DNA from: Eledone cirrhosa
Lineage: Eukaryota
Assembly: GCA_964016885.1 (NCBI GenBank)
Contig: OZ024747.1
Coordinates: 21,700,001-21,764,000, forward strand
DNA: 64,000 nucleotides
Direction of reading: 5' to 3'
A program made the position numbers and the translations under genes. Positions 52,529 through 64,000 of this stretch are shown piece after piece. The notes below the pieces were generated by a model that saw nothing but the letters and a program-made list of their open reading frames with translations, did no database searches and was not told the DNA's origin. Each line of letters begins with the position of its first letter. Within the stretch, counting starts at the first letter, position 1.

Positions 52529-55500
52529 GACTAGTCATTAGAGCATTAGATAAAATACCTTGTATTCATTTTGGATTTTTGCAATCCAGGTTCAAATCCT
52601 GTTGAGGTCAACTTTGCTTTTAATCCTTTCAATCCACGCTCATGGATTGGTAGAATGCCTTGCAGTGTCTGTTCCAGCTCTTTGCTAAGACTAATCACTC
52701 AACCATGAAGCTACACAGGTAAGCCTACAACCAGCAGTACTGACTTGTACACTGAATTTCTCACTAAACTTACTGCTATCTCTCATTTTGTTTGATAGCT
52801 TCTCTGTACATGGATAGTACCTTGTCCAAGGCCTTCTCCAGATGGGAAAAAATCTAAATATAGAGGCTTACTTTGGTCACTAAGATGACATCAACAGTAC
52901 ATCTAATCTAATTATTTTCTGAACCAGTAATGCTTGATTTTCTGTAGTTGTTCCTATCTAGAGCATATAGATAGGAATCTATACGCTTGATGAGGCTACT
53001 CAGCAGTGGGCCAAATGGCTGAATGGAAGACTTTGATGATGACGTATAATATAGGAGCAATTACCTATTTTAGATATCATTAGTTGGCTTAACCCTTTAA
53101 CATTATTATTGTATTTTCACAGTAAACACTTTATCTCACATAATATCAAATCTATGAAATTTTGATATTTATTTTGAGAAAAATACCTTAACATCACTAT
53201 GAGTGGCTAGTTATATATGGTTTGAAAAGAAAGGTGAGAGAATTCTGGCCGGCTATGGCTGGTTTAAATGCTAATGGGTTAAAAAGACCCAGTATTTGTC
53301 TAGTATTTTAATTTATCAATCCTGAAAGTATGAAAGGCAAAGTCAAAAAAACCAGCTGTAGTTAAACTTAAAATCTGAAAAAGTATAACTAAATACAGAG
53401 CATTTTGTTCAATACTCTCATCATTTCAACACTTTGATGGTGAGGAGGAGGATAATAATAATAAAAATCAATACCTTAAAATATGTTCTGTTTTATATCT
53501 GATATCAGTTGCTTTGGTCATGTCAATATGACAAAGAAATTGCTAACCAAATTCCACAAGCTAATAGAAAGCAGAACATTGGGACTGTAGCAGTTTTCAA
53601 CTACAAATCTGGCAAAAACAATGGACATCAATGATTTTTCTCAAATAAATGTATATACTTTTCATCCCTCCACTCTTACAATAAAAGTTCTTTAGTTTTT
53701 TGTTTTTTTTCATAAACTGAATCTCACAATCAGTTTGTATTAAGCTAGTTTTAGCATTTGTAATCTCGATCTGAAAAATGAGACAAAATATTTTCTCACA
53801 TGAAATAAATTACTATAATAATGAAATACAATAAATATAAAATAAAAAAACTTTACTGATAATATATAGAGTATCTGTATGTGTGTTTTAACCTATTTAA
53901 TACAACTTGAGGCTCTGACTGGATTATATGTGTTTGGACAATGGAAGTTTGGGTTACTTTTATTCTACTGCACCTTTAAGTATATCAACCTATGTGTGTG
54001 GTCAAATGGCATCAATATAGGCTGAAGAACTGGGTGCTGTGAAAATCTGAAATGCCTAGAGAAACAATTGTATCTAAATGGCACTATATATATATATATA
54101 TATATATATGCATGCAGATATAGGTATGTATATATTTTTGTAAACAAATGTAGGTGATTTGAGGTTGTCTGTCATTTTGAAGCATAGAAACAAATGCCTT
54201 TGTAAATTTATCTTTTAGAATATCTATCAAAGAGTGATTGATCCTATTATCTTAGGGAAGCAAGTCAATGGGCGATGTCATTTTCATGCCTTTTCCAACG
54301 GTAAAAGTGTTATAATTACAATGTGTCATGAACTTTATATCACTAATAACAGGGTTTCTGACAAAAGTACAAATTACTATGGATTTGTTGAGTAATTAAC
54401 CCTTAGAATACAACTGGAGCCATCAATGAACTCTCTATTTGGGAGTGAGTAAAAAGACGAGGTTGATCTCTTCAAGAATATATATACTTTGTCTAATAGA
54501 TGGAAGAGATGTTACTAGTTAAGACTAGTAAAACCATTACTAAATTTACTACTCAATACTGAAGGAAAGTATAGTGTAGATATCAATATGAGGATTCTTT
54601 GCCTGATGGCTAATTTCTCATTTGCTCTCAAACTGGTATAAGCTTAACCGCTGGGCAAAGAATCTATAATAAAAATACTACTTCTTATAGATAAAGAAAA
54701 GTATATATAGATTCAGGTATTTTTTTCCAGAATTTTAAATGCTAACACTTTTTTTTTTTATCTGATAAAAATGCTTCTTTCTTTAGTATATAAATATCAG
54801 TAGGTTTTGTCTCCAAGAAGTTAAGAAGGCATTCTTGATATGAATGAATAAATGTTCTATATAATAGGTGTTTGTGTCTGGGCTGGTTTTTAATAACTAA
54901 TCTTCAAAGTTCATTTCATTTCACAAGGATGTTATACAACTAAAGGCAATCATTATTTAGCAATTTTATAATAAAATTCAAGGTACCAGTAATGCTCAAA
55001 ACTACAAATATGAAGGTTTGCAAAGAGAATTTGAACACCATTCTGCAAGCTCATATAACACCCATTAACTTTGTGCTCCTGTGATTTACAGTTATGAGCT
55101 GTTCCTATTCATTATACCTATTTATCTTGAAAGCAAGGTAAACTGAACTGTTTACAGCTAAGTATTTTTGCACCAGGGACTAGGCATGAATATAAACTGA
55201 CAACCTATCCACTTCTCCATCGAAGTTGCTCGAGAGTTAATGTAGAAACTTATATACAATATACTATGAATTCCATTGTGATGTCTGAGGTAAAGGGTTA
55301 ATCATTATCATCAAATACTAACACCACCTTATCTCATTCCATTGTCAGTATCCTAAGTTTATCAATAATCGCAGCACCACTCTCCTGACTATAGTTATGG
55401 AAGGATGAATCATCCTCCTATGGATAGATTCCTAGACAATGAATTGGGTACCTCAGAACACCAAGAAAATAGCAATAATCTTCCTGCTGTTTAGTTAAGA

Positions 55501-56407
55501 TATTTAACCCCATTATTACCATATTTCCAATAAAAGACACTGTCTATGATATTCAAATAATTTGGAAGGATTTAGTAACAACTAAATTGCTTATTATTAA
55601 GCTGGTGTTTGGAACAAAGGTTCTTACAGAAAATGTTAGCTATATATAAACACTTTAAAATATACAGTTTTTTTATAGTAGAACCAGAGGCAGTTTAGTA
55701 TAAAAAAGCATTTAACCCTTTCATTACTATATTTCTAATGAAGATCACTGCCTATGATTTTGAAAGATTCTACATAATCAATAGTCTGGAGGGATTTAAT
55801 AATCTCATTATGTTTGGAATTTAACAAGGGTTCTTACATAACATTTTACATAAATATAAATACTTTAAAATAAATAGTTCAATATAGAACCAGGGGTGGT
55901 TTTATCTTTTAAAAAAAAAAAGGGGGGGGGGGGGCCTCCCAATATATTACTGGTACTTATCAGTTAGAAGAGTAACAAGTATGGTGCAGAGCATTGCAGC
56001 AAGCTTGTAAAGGCGAACTGTTGACAGAAGGGACTTGTAGACTGTTTATCACACAATAAACAACAGTTCAACAAATTATTGTTTGTTGTTATTTTAAGTA
56101 TAGCATAACTAAAGCTATAATATTCAAAACCTACAGGAATAATGCAATTAAATACTCTGATGTATTTTGTCTAATAAAAAGTCTCAGCTGCCTTCATTGA
56201 TGTGTGCAATGTTTTGGGAAATCTGTATGTGTGTATGAGTATTTGTATGAATATATGTGTGTGTATAAGACTAGGGTATTATTGTAGCACTATAGATGTA
56301 TGTTCATAATGTGTGTGTGTGTATTTAAATATTCATATAGATACAGAAAACTATATATATTTGGGATTTTGTGCTATTTCTTTCTGTATATATGTGTGTG
56401 TATTTAT

Positions 56408-56438
<31 letters not shown>

Positions 56439-57420
56439 ATTATAGGATTCTTTGCTCAATTATGGCTAAGCTTATACTGTTTATATATATAAATATATAT
56501 TATATAAACACATACATACATTTTTCATGCCAAAGTATCTATGGTTTGTTTGCAAGGTACAGTAGTCAAATTAGAGAGGAATATATTTGGCTGCCATCTT
56601 TATGAAATGTGTGTTTAAATCCACTGTAGTTATATTGGGGTTTGGTATTTATAGAAATATACTAACTTAGTTTTAAATCTAGTAATGGTCAGAACATTTT
56701 GTTGTATTTATTGTTATTGTTACAGGTTAAACCCGTGTAGATTTAGTTGACCTCTTTTGAGGTTGTATCTCATAAGATGTTTCTTGGGTGTTTTAATGAT
56801 AGGGAGCCCTAGTCCTATCATGCCACCATCTTACCAATGACAGGAGGCAAGGTTTGAACTCAGAATTCACAGGGCCAGAAAAGATACTGCGAGACAACCC
56901 GTCTCACGTTCTGATAATTCTGACAATCTACTGTCCTGGTCTGGTATTTTATTTACTGACCCCAAAAGGATGAAAGGCAAAGCTGACCTTGGCAGGATAT
57001 GAACCCAGAGTGCGAAGAACCAAAAGAATTACTGCAAGGCATTTCATACAATGTTCTAAGAAGTTTGTCAATTTACTGCCTTGGTCAGAAAATGTGGAAT
57101 TGGGTTTTTTTTCCAAAGAAATTGTAAATAGCACCTATTATAGAAGTATGTATAGTTGCGTGTTTCTTCACATGTATGGAAATGACAAATGCATGTGTCA
57201 AAAAAAAAAAATGGAGGCAGAGGGAGAATTAGATAAATGAAGAATGTTGCTGTAAACCCTTAGCAGTCTTCATGAGTCTACGAATATATATATATATATA
57301 TTTTTTTTTTTTTGGCAACATCACAAAAAATATATATATACAAACAAGCAAAATAAATAAAAAAAAACAAACGAAAACAAAAAGTCATAAGTCTTTGAAT
57401 TATACAAGATGGAGGGGAAA

Positions 57421-57452
<32 letters not shown>

Positions 57453-57714
57453 CATGATATCACATTCTGTCTTACATAGGTTTTGAACCGGCAACCGCAT
57501 GGCCAGCATTTATGGCATCATGCCTCTGCTGCCGGCAACTTGGCCAATACGGAATTCCCCACCCAACCCCAAACCCAAACCCAGCCCAACCAGACCCGAC
57601 CCCACCACATATAATGTTTATTATAGCGTCAACCCCCTTGTGACCAGCATATCCACCAGAGGCTTTCGTTCTTAAACAACACCGCCACCCACCAGACTGA
57701 CCACATACACACGC

Positions 57715-57830
57715 ATACACAATAATCATACAAACCACATACACAATCATCATTACAAACCCACATACACAATCATCATTACAAACCCACATACACAATC
57801 ATCATTACAAACCCACATACACAATCATAC
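57715..57830. repeat. 26-bp minisatellite ACAATCATCATTACAAACCCACATAC
   Basis: About 3-4 tandem copies. Confidence 0.85.
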
Positions 57831-58303
57831 ACACACATGACGGAAGTGAGAGAATGTAGGTGGTGAAGGAGAGGAGGTGGTGGTAGAAGAAGAAGAGAAA
57901 AAGTAAAGAAAGAAAATTAAAACACTAAAGGAAATAATTACAAGGCCCTGGAATAATTTACTTTCACTCACCACACAGTTTAAAGTTGAAGGAGTCAGGA
58001 GAGGTTTGGAGCCCCACCCCACCAAAAAAAACACCACACAGAGAAGAAGAAGAAGAAGAAAATACACTCATCCATTTTAAACATTTCATTGTTTTTTTAG
58101 GGATAATTTGTTAATTATTGGTGGGGGTTTTTTTTGTTATATTTTTGCTTTGTTTTTCTGAAATTCCATCAGGAAACTAATGGATTAAGTAATTAATTTA
58201 AAAACCAAAAGTGTTTATACACTCAGACATACATACTTACTTACAAGCAATCAGTCGGCGCATGAAAGACATTTTTAAACGCTGCAAATTTTCTGTTTGC
58301 TAG

Positions 58304-58334
<31 letters not shown>

Positions 58335-58879
58335 GGTTTTGGTTTTCTTATTTCTTTTTTCCCACCCCCACCCACCTCACAATGCAGCTGGTTTCAGTTT
58401 TCAGTGACAGATGTCTGTCTATAGTTTGTTTGGTGCTATGCATTTATGCAAATTCATTACTCTATCCAGTGTAGTAATTAACCATTACTGCATCCAGGAT
58501 AATCCTATATATATATATATATTTATATACACAAGTACAAATATTTATATACACATATATATATACATACATTATATATATAATATGTATATATGTATGT
58601 GCTATATATATATATATGAATAAATATACATATATATACACACACACATACATAAACATACACACACACACACACACATATAGATATAGATATATATATA
58701 TATATATACATACAAGCATGGAAAAATGGACGTAAAAACAAAGATGATTATATATGCATGCGTATGTGTGTATATATATATATATATATATTTATAAACA
58801 CACACAAACAAGCATATATATCATCAAATCATCATCATTGTTTTTTACATCCATTTTTCCATACTTGCATGGGTGTGTA

Positions 58880-58919
<40 letters not shown>

Positions 58920-59539
58920 TTATATATACACACATATATACATACTTATATATATATACATATATACATATTTATATATACCTATTTATATTTATATATG
59001 TATATATATATTTATAAATATGTACATATATAATTATATATATCTATAAATATATATGTAAGTTGGTACATGTTAATGTATAAACATATAAGTGTGTGTG
59101 TGTGTAAGTATATATATATATTTGTGTGTGTGTTTCTGTGTTATATATATACTCTAGAGTGATGCCTCTTGGTACAGTGCTATTCTTAGATCAAAATAGC
59201 TTCGTTGAATTCACTTAGGCCAATACTTGTCTTAAGTTGCACCGAGATCAAGAGCAGAGAATTCAAATATGAGACACCAGAAGGAAAAAACATGTTTGAA
59301 TCTATGTAAGTATTGTGCGTGTGTATATGTATGTGTGTGATAGGGAGACAGAGATTATTGTGCGTGTGTGTGGGAGAGAGAGAGATTGATACAGGGGGTA
59401 GTGTGTCTGTGTATGTGTATGTGTATGTATGTGTGTAAGTTTGTGGAGTTTTCAATGTTGATAAAGATGTGAAAGGAAACGAAAAGAAAAAAAATAACAA
59501 TGAATCCAACAAAACAAAACAAAAACAGTGAAAAGCAGT

Positions 59540-59714
59540 TCACTGATTGGTCTCATAGGTGGTCAGTAAAGCAGCATCAACTGGTTCCATACATGAGGGA
59601 CAGGTGAAGGACCGCATCAACCAATCATCAATACAGTCTCTATGGTAAGTGTGCATACAAGGAAGATAACGCAATGCATCACCAATGATAAACTCCACCA
59701 TGCATATCACACAT
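59540..59714 (-). CDS. RNF11: RNF11 last coding exon, RING-H2 domain (CVICMVEFIIGDALRYLPCMHTYHRDCIDDWLMRSFTCPSCMEPVDAALLTTYETNQ*)
   Basis: Poly-T + cag acceptor; phase fits the upstream exon (GA+A=Glu); C3H2C3 RING; near-identical to the human C-terminus; TGA at 59542-59540. Confidence 0.97.
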
Positions 59715-60789
59715 CTGAAAAAAAAAAAAAATCAGAAATAAAAAGAAAAAAATACAATACAGAAAAGTTTCTTAATGGTTTCAAGATTATGTAAGAACCT
59801 TTGTTAAGTGCTAAATAAATAATTTTCTATATAGATGATAAACACAACCACAAGCATATGGTCCAAACGTGGAAGAGCCAAACTCTTTGTCATCGCCTCC
59901 ATCTCTCTGTATGGTGAGCAAATGGGGTCCCATGTGCTGGCCTCCCCACAGCCCCTGCTGGTTGATTTTGCCTGTAACATCTGTCCATCCAGCGATTCTT
60001 TCCTGAGACATTCTAACCACATGCCCATAGTATCAGAGCTGTGATCTCTCAATTCGGTGAAGTAGCAGCTCTATGTGGAGTGACTCTCTGATATCCGAGC
60101 TACAGACTTTATCGAGTAATGTTACTCCTAAGGCTCTCATTAGCAAAATATTCTTGAAAAGTACAAAATAAGACCTACTCCAACATTTAAAATTAAAGTT
60201 TTTATTCTAATAAAGTCTTTATCCTATTGGGCTCTGACAGGCTTAAAATGGCCTAGAAACGCCACATGTCAATACAGCACCCTTATGACTAACAAGAGTT
60301 ACAGGACCATATCATACCATCCTAATATTGCAGATTTTCACAACAATCTAACCACTAATAAAAACACTGTAAACATTTAAATATAGCAGTTTTTAGATAG
60401 ATATTTGCTGCTAAATCATTACAGGATGTTAAGAGTTAATCAAACATTCTAACTACTTTGCCAACTCATCATCATCATCATCGTTCAACATCCATCCTCC
60501 AAGCTAGCATGGGTTAGACGGGAATTGTCCCACTTAAGGCAGGATTGATCGGGTGACCGTGACTCGCTCATTGAAAATAAAGTAATTCACGAGGTTGTAC
60601 AGAGACATATAAACCTTTCAATACAATTTATTCTATGAATCCTACCCCTTGCCATCTTGAAGGGTTCCTATTTAAATTTAAACCTTTCAATACAATTTAT
60701 TCTATGAAGCAAAACCACCCATTTTGAGGGGTTTCTATTTAAACCTTCCAATAAAATTATTAAAACAAAAAAAGATTCTCTAGACTTAC

Positions 60790-60938
60790 TCCCTGGCTTT
60801 TTTGGTGCCATCATAGACTCCAGTTGGCAAGTGGTTAATTAATCCAAGTCTCTGAGCAATTTTAATCTGCTCCTCTTCTGTTAATAGATTAGCTGGTCGA
60901 CTCACATTGGGAGATGGATGATATACCGGAACACTCTC
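60790..60938 (-). CDS. RNF11: RNF11 internal coding exon (ESVPVYHPSPNVSRPANLLTEEEQIKIAQRLGLINHLPTGVYDGTKKAR)
   Basis: ttttccag acceptor and gtaagt donor on - strand, 149 nt; matches human RNF11 VPVYHPTP...LTEEEQIRIAQRIGLIQHLPKGVYD. Exon 1 (MGNC..., PPPY motif) was not found and is presumably beyond 64000. Confidence 0.96.
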
Positions 60939-62295
60939 CTGGAAAATATTGGAAATATTTATTAACGGACAAATAGCATAATCGTAACAACAACAGCAAT
61001 TAAATCATCATCATTTTTCCATCCACATTTCCATGTCTATTGTGTTCTTATTCTAAAAATCTGGATACACTTGGCAAAAATATATCTGTATGTATGTGTA
61101 TATATATATATACACAAGTATGATATTTGTAACAGAATTATTTGAATACTGGCTGATTTTATAGAATATATGCTGGTGTGGGTTACATTATAGAAGAGTG
61201 TAGTGATTATGTTGTGGTATTGGGGGGAAGGGTTATACAAAAACTGTACTGAGTTGTGCTTTGTGTAGAAATTAGGCAGTGGCAGGATTATTTTTATAAT
61301 CATAGTTATTGGTCCTGATCAATTTAGATCAATCAAAGGGTTTTGATAGGGTCGACCATCGCTATCTCACAGCAGACCTCAAAACAGCCAGCTTTGGACC
61401 CATTTTCAAGGGCTGGATCACTGCAATGCACAGTGACATCTAATCTGTGGTTAGAGTGAACAGTCACCTTTCATCAAGTTCCATTGGTCAGGCAGTCCAT
61501 TAGTTGTCAAGACCCATTTTGGCACTTTACGTTCTGAGTTTGAATCCCACTTTGCCATTCATCCTTATGGGGACAATAAAATAAAGCCCCAGTAATGCAC
61601 AGGGGTCAATTTAATCGACTTTCCCTCCCCCAAAATTGTTGGCCTTGTGCCTAAATCAGAAACCATTATTATTTAAAGGGATATAGTTATGTTCCTTTAC
61701 GTTCTGAGTTCAAATCACACCAAGGGTAGCTTTGCCTTTCATCCTTACATGTTCAATAAATAAAAAACCAGTAACGCACTGGGGCCGATTTAATCGCCAT
61801 TCCCCTCTCCCAAAATTGCTGGCCTTGTGCTTATAGTAGAAATCATTACTATTATTAATATACTTGACTTTTGGGCTTAACAAGCTTGTTTGTAGACCAA
61901 CAAAAGGTGTTACAAAACATGTGAGGATGTATGTACATATAAAGTTATATGAAGAAAAAAAATAGATATAAAAATACCAGTCATGCACTGGGGTGATTTC
62001 ATCGAATTTCCCCCTCCCCAAATTTGTTGGCCTTGTGCCTACATCAGAAACCATTATGATTGTTATGGATGGTTTACATAGTAAATAGGATAATTACTGG
62101 ATCTTTTGCTACTTGTCAAGTCTCAAACAAAGACTTTAGACTGACAGTATTTTCCTGAGCATATATGTGCAGTACACAGCAGAGTAGTCTTTTGTAAGAG
62201 AGCAATCTGTGTTTTGAGGTCACTTTGCTTAAGATACCCTTTAGTGGTATGGAGCCCAAAGCTCAGATGAAAACTGGAATTACCTTGTTGTTGTT

Positions 62296-62382
62296 GCTAC
62301 TACCACTACTACCACCACCACCACTACTAATATTACCACCACCACCATTACCACTACTAATACCACTACTACTACTACTATG

Positions 62383-62416
<34 letters not shown>

Positions 62417-62500
62417 TTACCACTAGTACTATTACCACCACCACTACTATTACCACCAGCACTACTACTATTACCACCACCACCACTACTACTACTACTA
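62296..62500. repeat. (CAC/TAC)n trinucleotide microsatellite
   Basis: Directly visible; produces spurious poly-V and poly-S/G ORFs. Confidence 0.95.
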
Positions 62501-62663
62501 CAGTCTAAAATGTGTTTCCAGCAATGACTTAGTTCACAAATTTGTAATGTTAAAACTGATTTCATGTGTGACCTTCAACCAACCTGTTTTTGGGGTACAT
62601 TCTAAGAAGAGTTGCTTAAAGAAAATGAAAACAACTTTCTATAATATGCATACATACAAACGT

Positions 62664-62812
62664 ACACACACCCAACATGTATACAATGATAAACACACTA
62701 AACACACAAACATACACACACCCAACATGTATACAATGATAAACACACTAAACACACAAATATACACACACCCAGCATGTATACAATGATAAACACACTA
62801 AACACACAAACA
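62664..62812. repeat. ~50-bp tandem repeat, 3 copies
   Basis: ACACACACCCAACATGTATACAATGATAAACACACTAAACACACAAA repeated. Confidence 0.9.
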
Positions 62813-62909
62813 TCACAGGACATAAATATTACAATATATACACACATCAAACAGACGCGGAAAATGTACACAATAAATAAAATAGCATAATAAAGACACA
62901 CACACATAC

Positions 62910-62942
<33 letters not shown>

Positions 62943-62985
62943 AAACATAAACATTACACACACGCATACTAACCAACAACAGTAT

Positions 62986-62986
<1 letters not shown>

Positions 62987-63056
<70 letters not shown>
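62987..63056. repeat. (GA)n microsatellite
   Basis: Directly visible. Confidence 0.98.
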
Positions 63057-63057
<1 letters not shown>

Positions 63058-63059
<2 letters not shown>

Positions 63060-63765
63060 TTTATTAGCCACAGGGGCACAAAAGAAGGGGACAAATACAA
63101 AGGGGGAAGTTTACATACAATAAAAACGTGTAAAATGTTATCACAGATGGAATTTAAAAAGTTAGTCGATTTTCCCCAATAGAGGGAGACAGTTTATATG
63201 GGTAACACATACCCCCGAAAAAAAATGTGCAACCTTCATCTCCAGGAGTACGAAGAGTTTGTACTCCTTTCCTCTCCTCCTCCTCCTTTTCCTCAACCTA
63301 CAGGCTGATATAGAGAGAAGGCCCATTCACTGGGGCCATTCTCGCCACTTTCACCCACCTTTCATAAAACTTGCTGGGGTACAGCACCTCTCTCTCCATC
63401 CTGATTCTTCTTCCAAAGTGGTATTTGAAAAAAAGAATCAGTTGTTGGCCGGAGAGAAAGGTGTCTAGATAGATAGATTTCTTTATTAGCCACAAGGGCG
63501 CAACAAGAAAGGGGACAATACAAAGACATGCCGGGGATTTTACATACAGTCGTGTAAAAAATATAAAAACAAACAATTTCAACAATCGAAATCCCCAATA
63601 GGGGGGAGGCGCCACAAATGGGTTGTTTAATACCCCGTCGATAGAACAACCCTCAACTCAAGGAGCGTGTTGTGCAAGTGCTCCTTTCTTCCTTTTGCTC
63701 TCTTCCTCAACCTACAGGCTTATAAAAAAGAATCAGTTGTTGGCCGGAGAGAAAGGTGTCTAGAT
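63058..63765 (-). mobile_element. Two tandem 3' fragments of a Tx1/L1-like LINE in (GA)n/(GATA)n
   Basis: FLSGQQLILFFKYHFGRRIRMEREVLYPSKFYERWVKVARM; both copies end TGTGGCTAATAAA and share the same 5' truncation point. Confidence 0.55.
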
Positions 63766-64000
63766 AGATAGATAGATAGATACATCCATACAACACACAC
63801 ACGTATACATACACACATATACACACAAACAAAGGTGTGTGTATTTAAAGTGAGGTGAATGTTGTCAGACAGCTATGTCACCATAACAGCTGATCAAAAT
63901 ACTGAACTTATTTATTTAACTAGTTAAAGAGATGACAGGGTGAATGGTTGGTGTTGTTGGTAATAGCAACTTGGGGTGAGGTGCAATGGTCGTGTTGTTG

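Noticed and set aside
57472-57798. 108-aa Gly-rich - strand ORF
   Set aside because: Starts in a minisatellite, is low complexity, and has no recognisable homology or convincing splice context.
59559-59644. Apparent + strand exon (ag...gtaagt) with an open frame
   Set aside because: It is the antisense shadow of the RNF11 RING exon.
62263-62565. Ser/Gly-rich and poly-Val ORFs
   Set aside because: Products of a (CAC/TAC)n microsatellite.

Overview
AT-rich, microsatellite- and SINE-dense animal DNA. The repeat landscape (CORE-SINEs, RTE tails, long (TA)n, TTAA MITEs) suggests an octopus or other coleoid cephalopod; this is an inference. Two spliced genes, mostly missed by the ORF track, can be read. 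A 9-exon MTAP (5'-methylthioadenosine phosphorylase, ~276 aa) lies on the + strand at 24220-50135. The last two coding exons of RNF11 (RING-H2 E3 ligase) lie on the - strand at 59540-60938, convergent with MTAP. The rest is a decayed full-length hAT transposon (5825-9350, perfect 8-bp TSD), many young SINEs, MITEs, a Helitron-like element and 3' fragments of RTE, CR1, CRE, R4/Dong and Tx1-like LINEs. Best leads: (1) minimal hammerhead ribozymes in short Penelope-like modules sitting in (TA)n tracts; (2) a histone-type 3' stem-loop inside a transposon relic that has folded back into a ~170-bp palindrome; (3) MTAP-RNF11 adjacency matching the split vertebrate INK4 paralogons; (4) candidate exons of a transcript divergent from the MTAP promoter.
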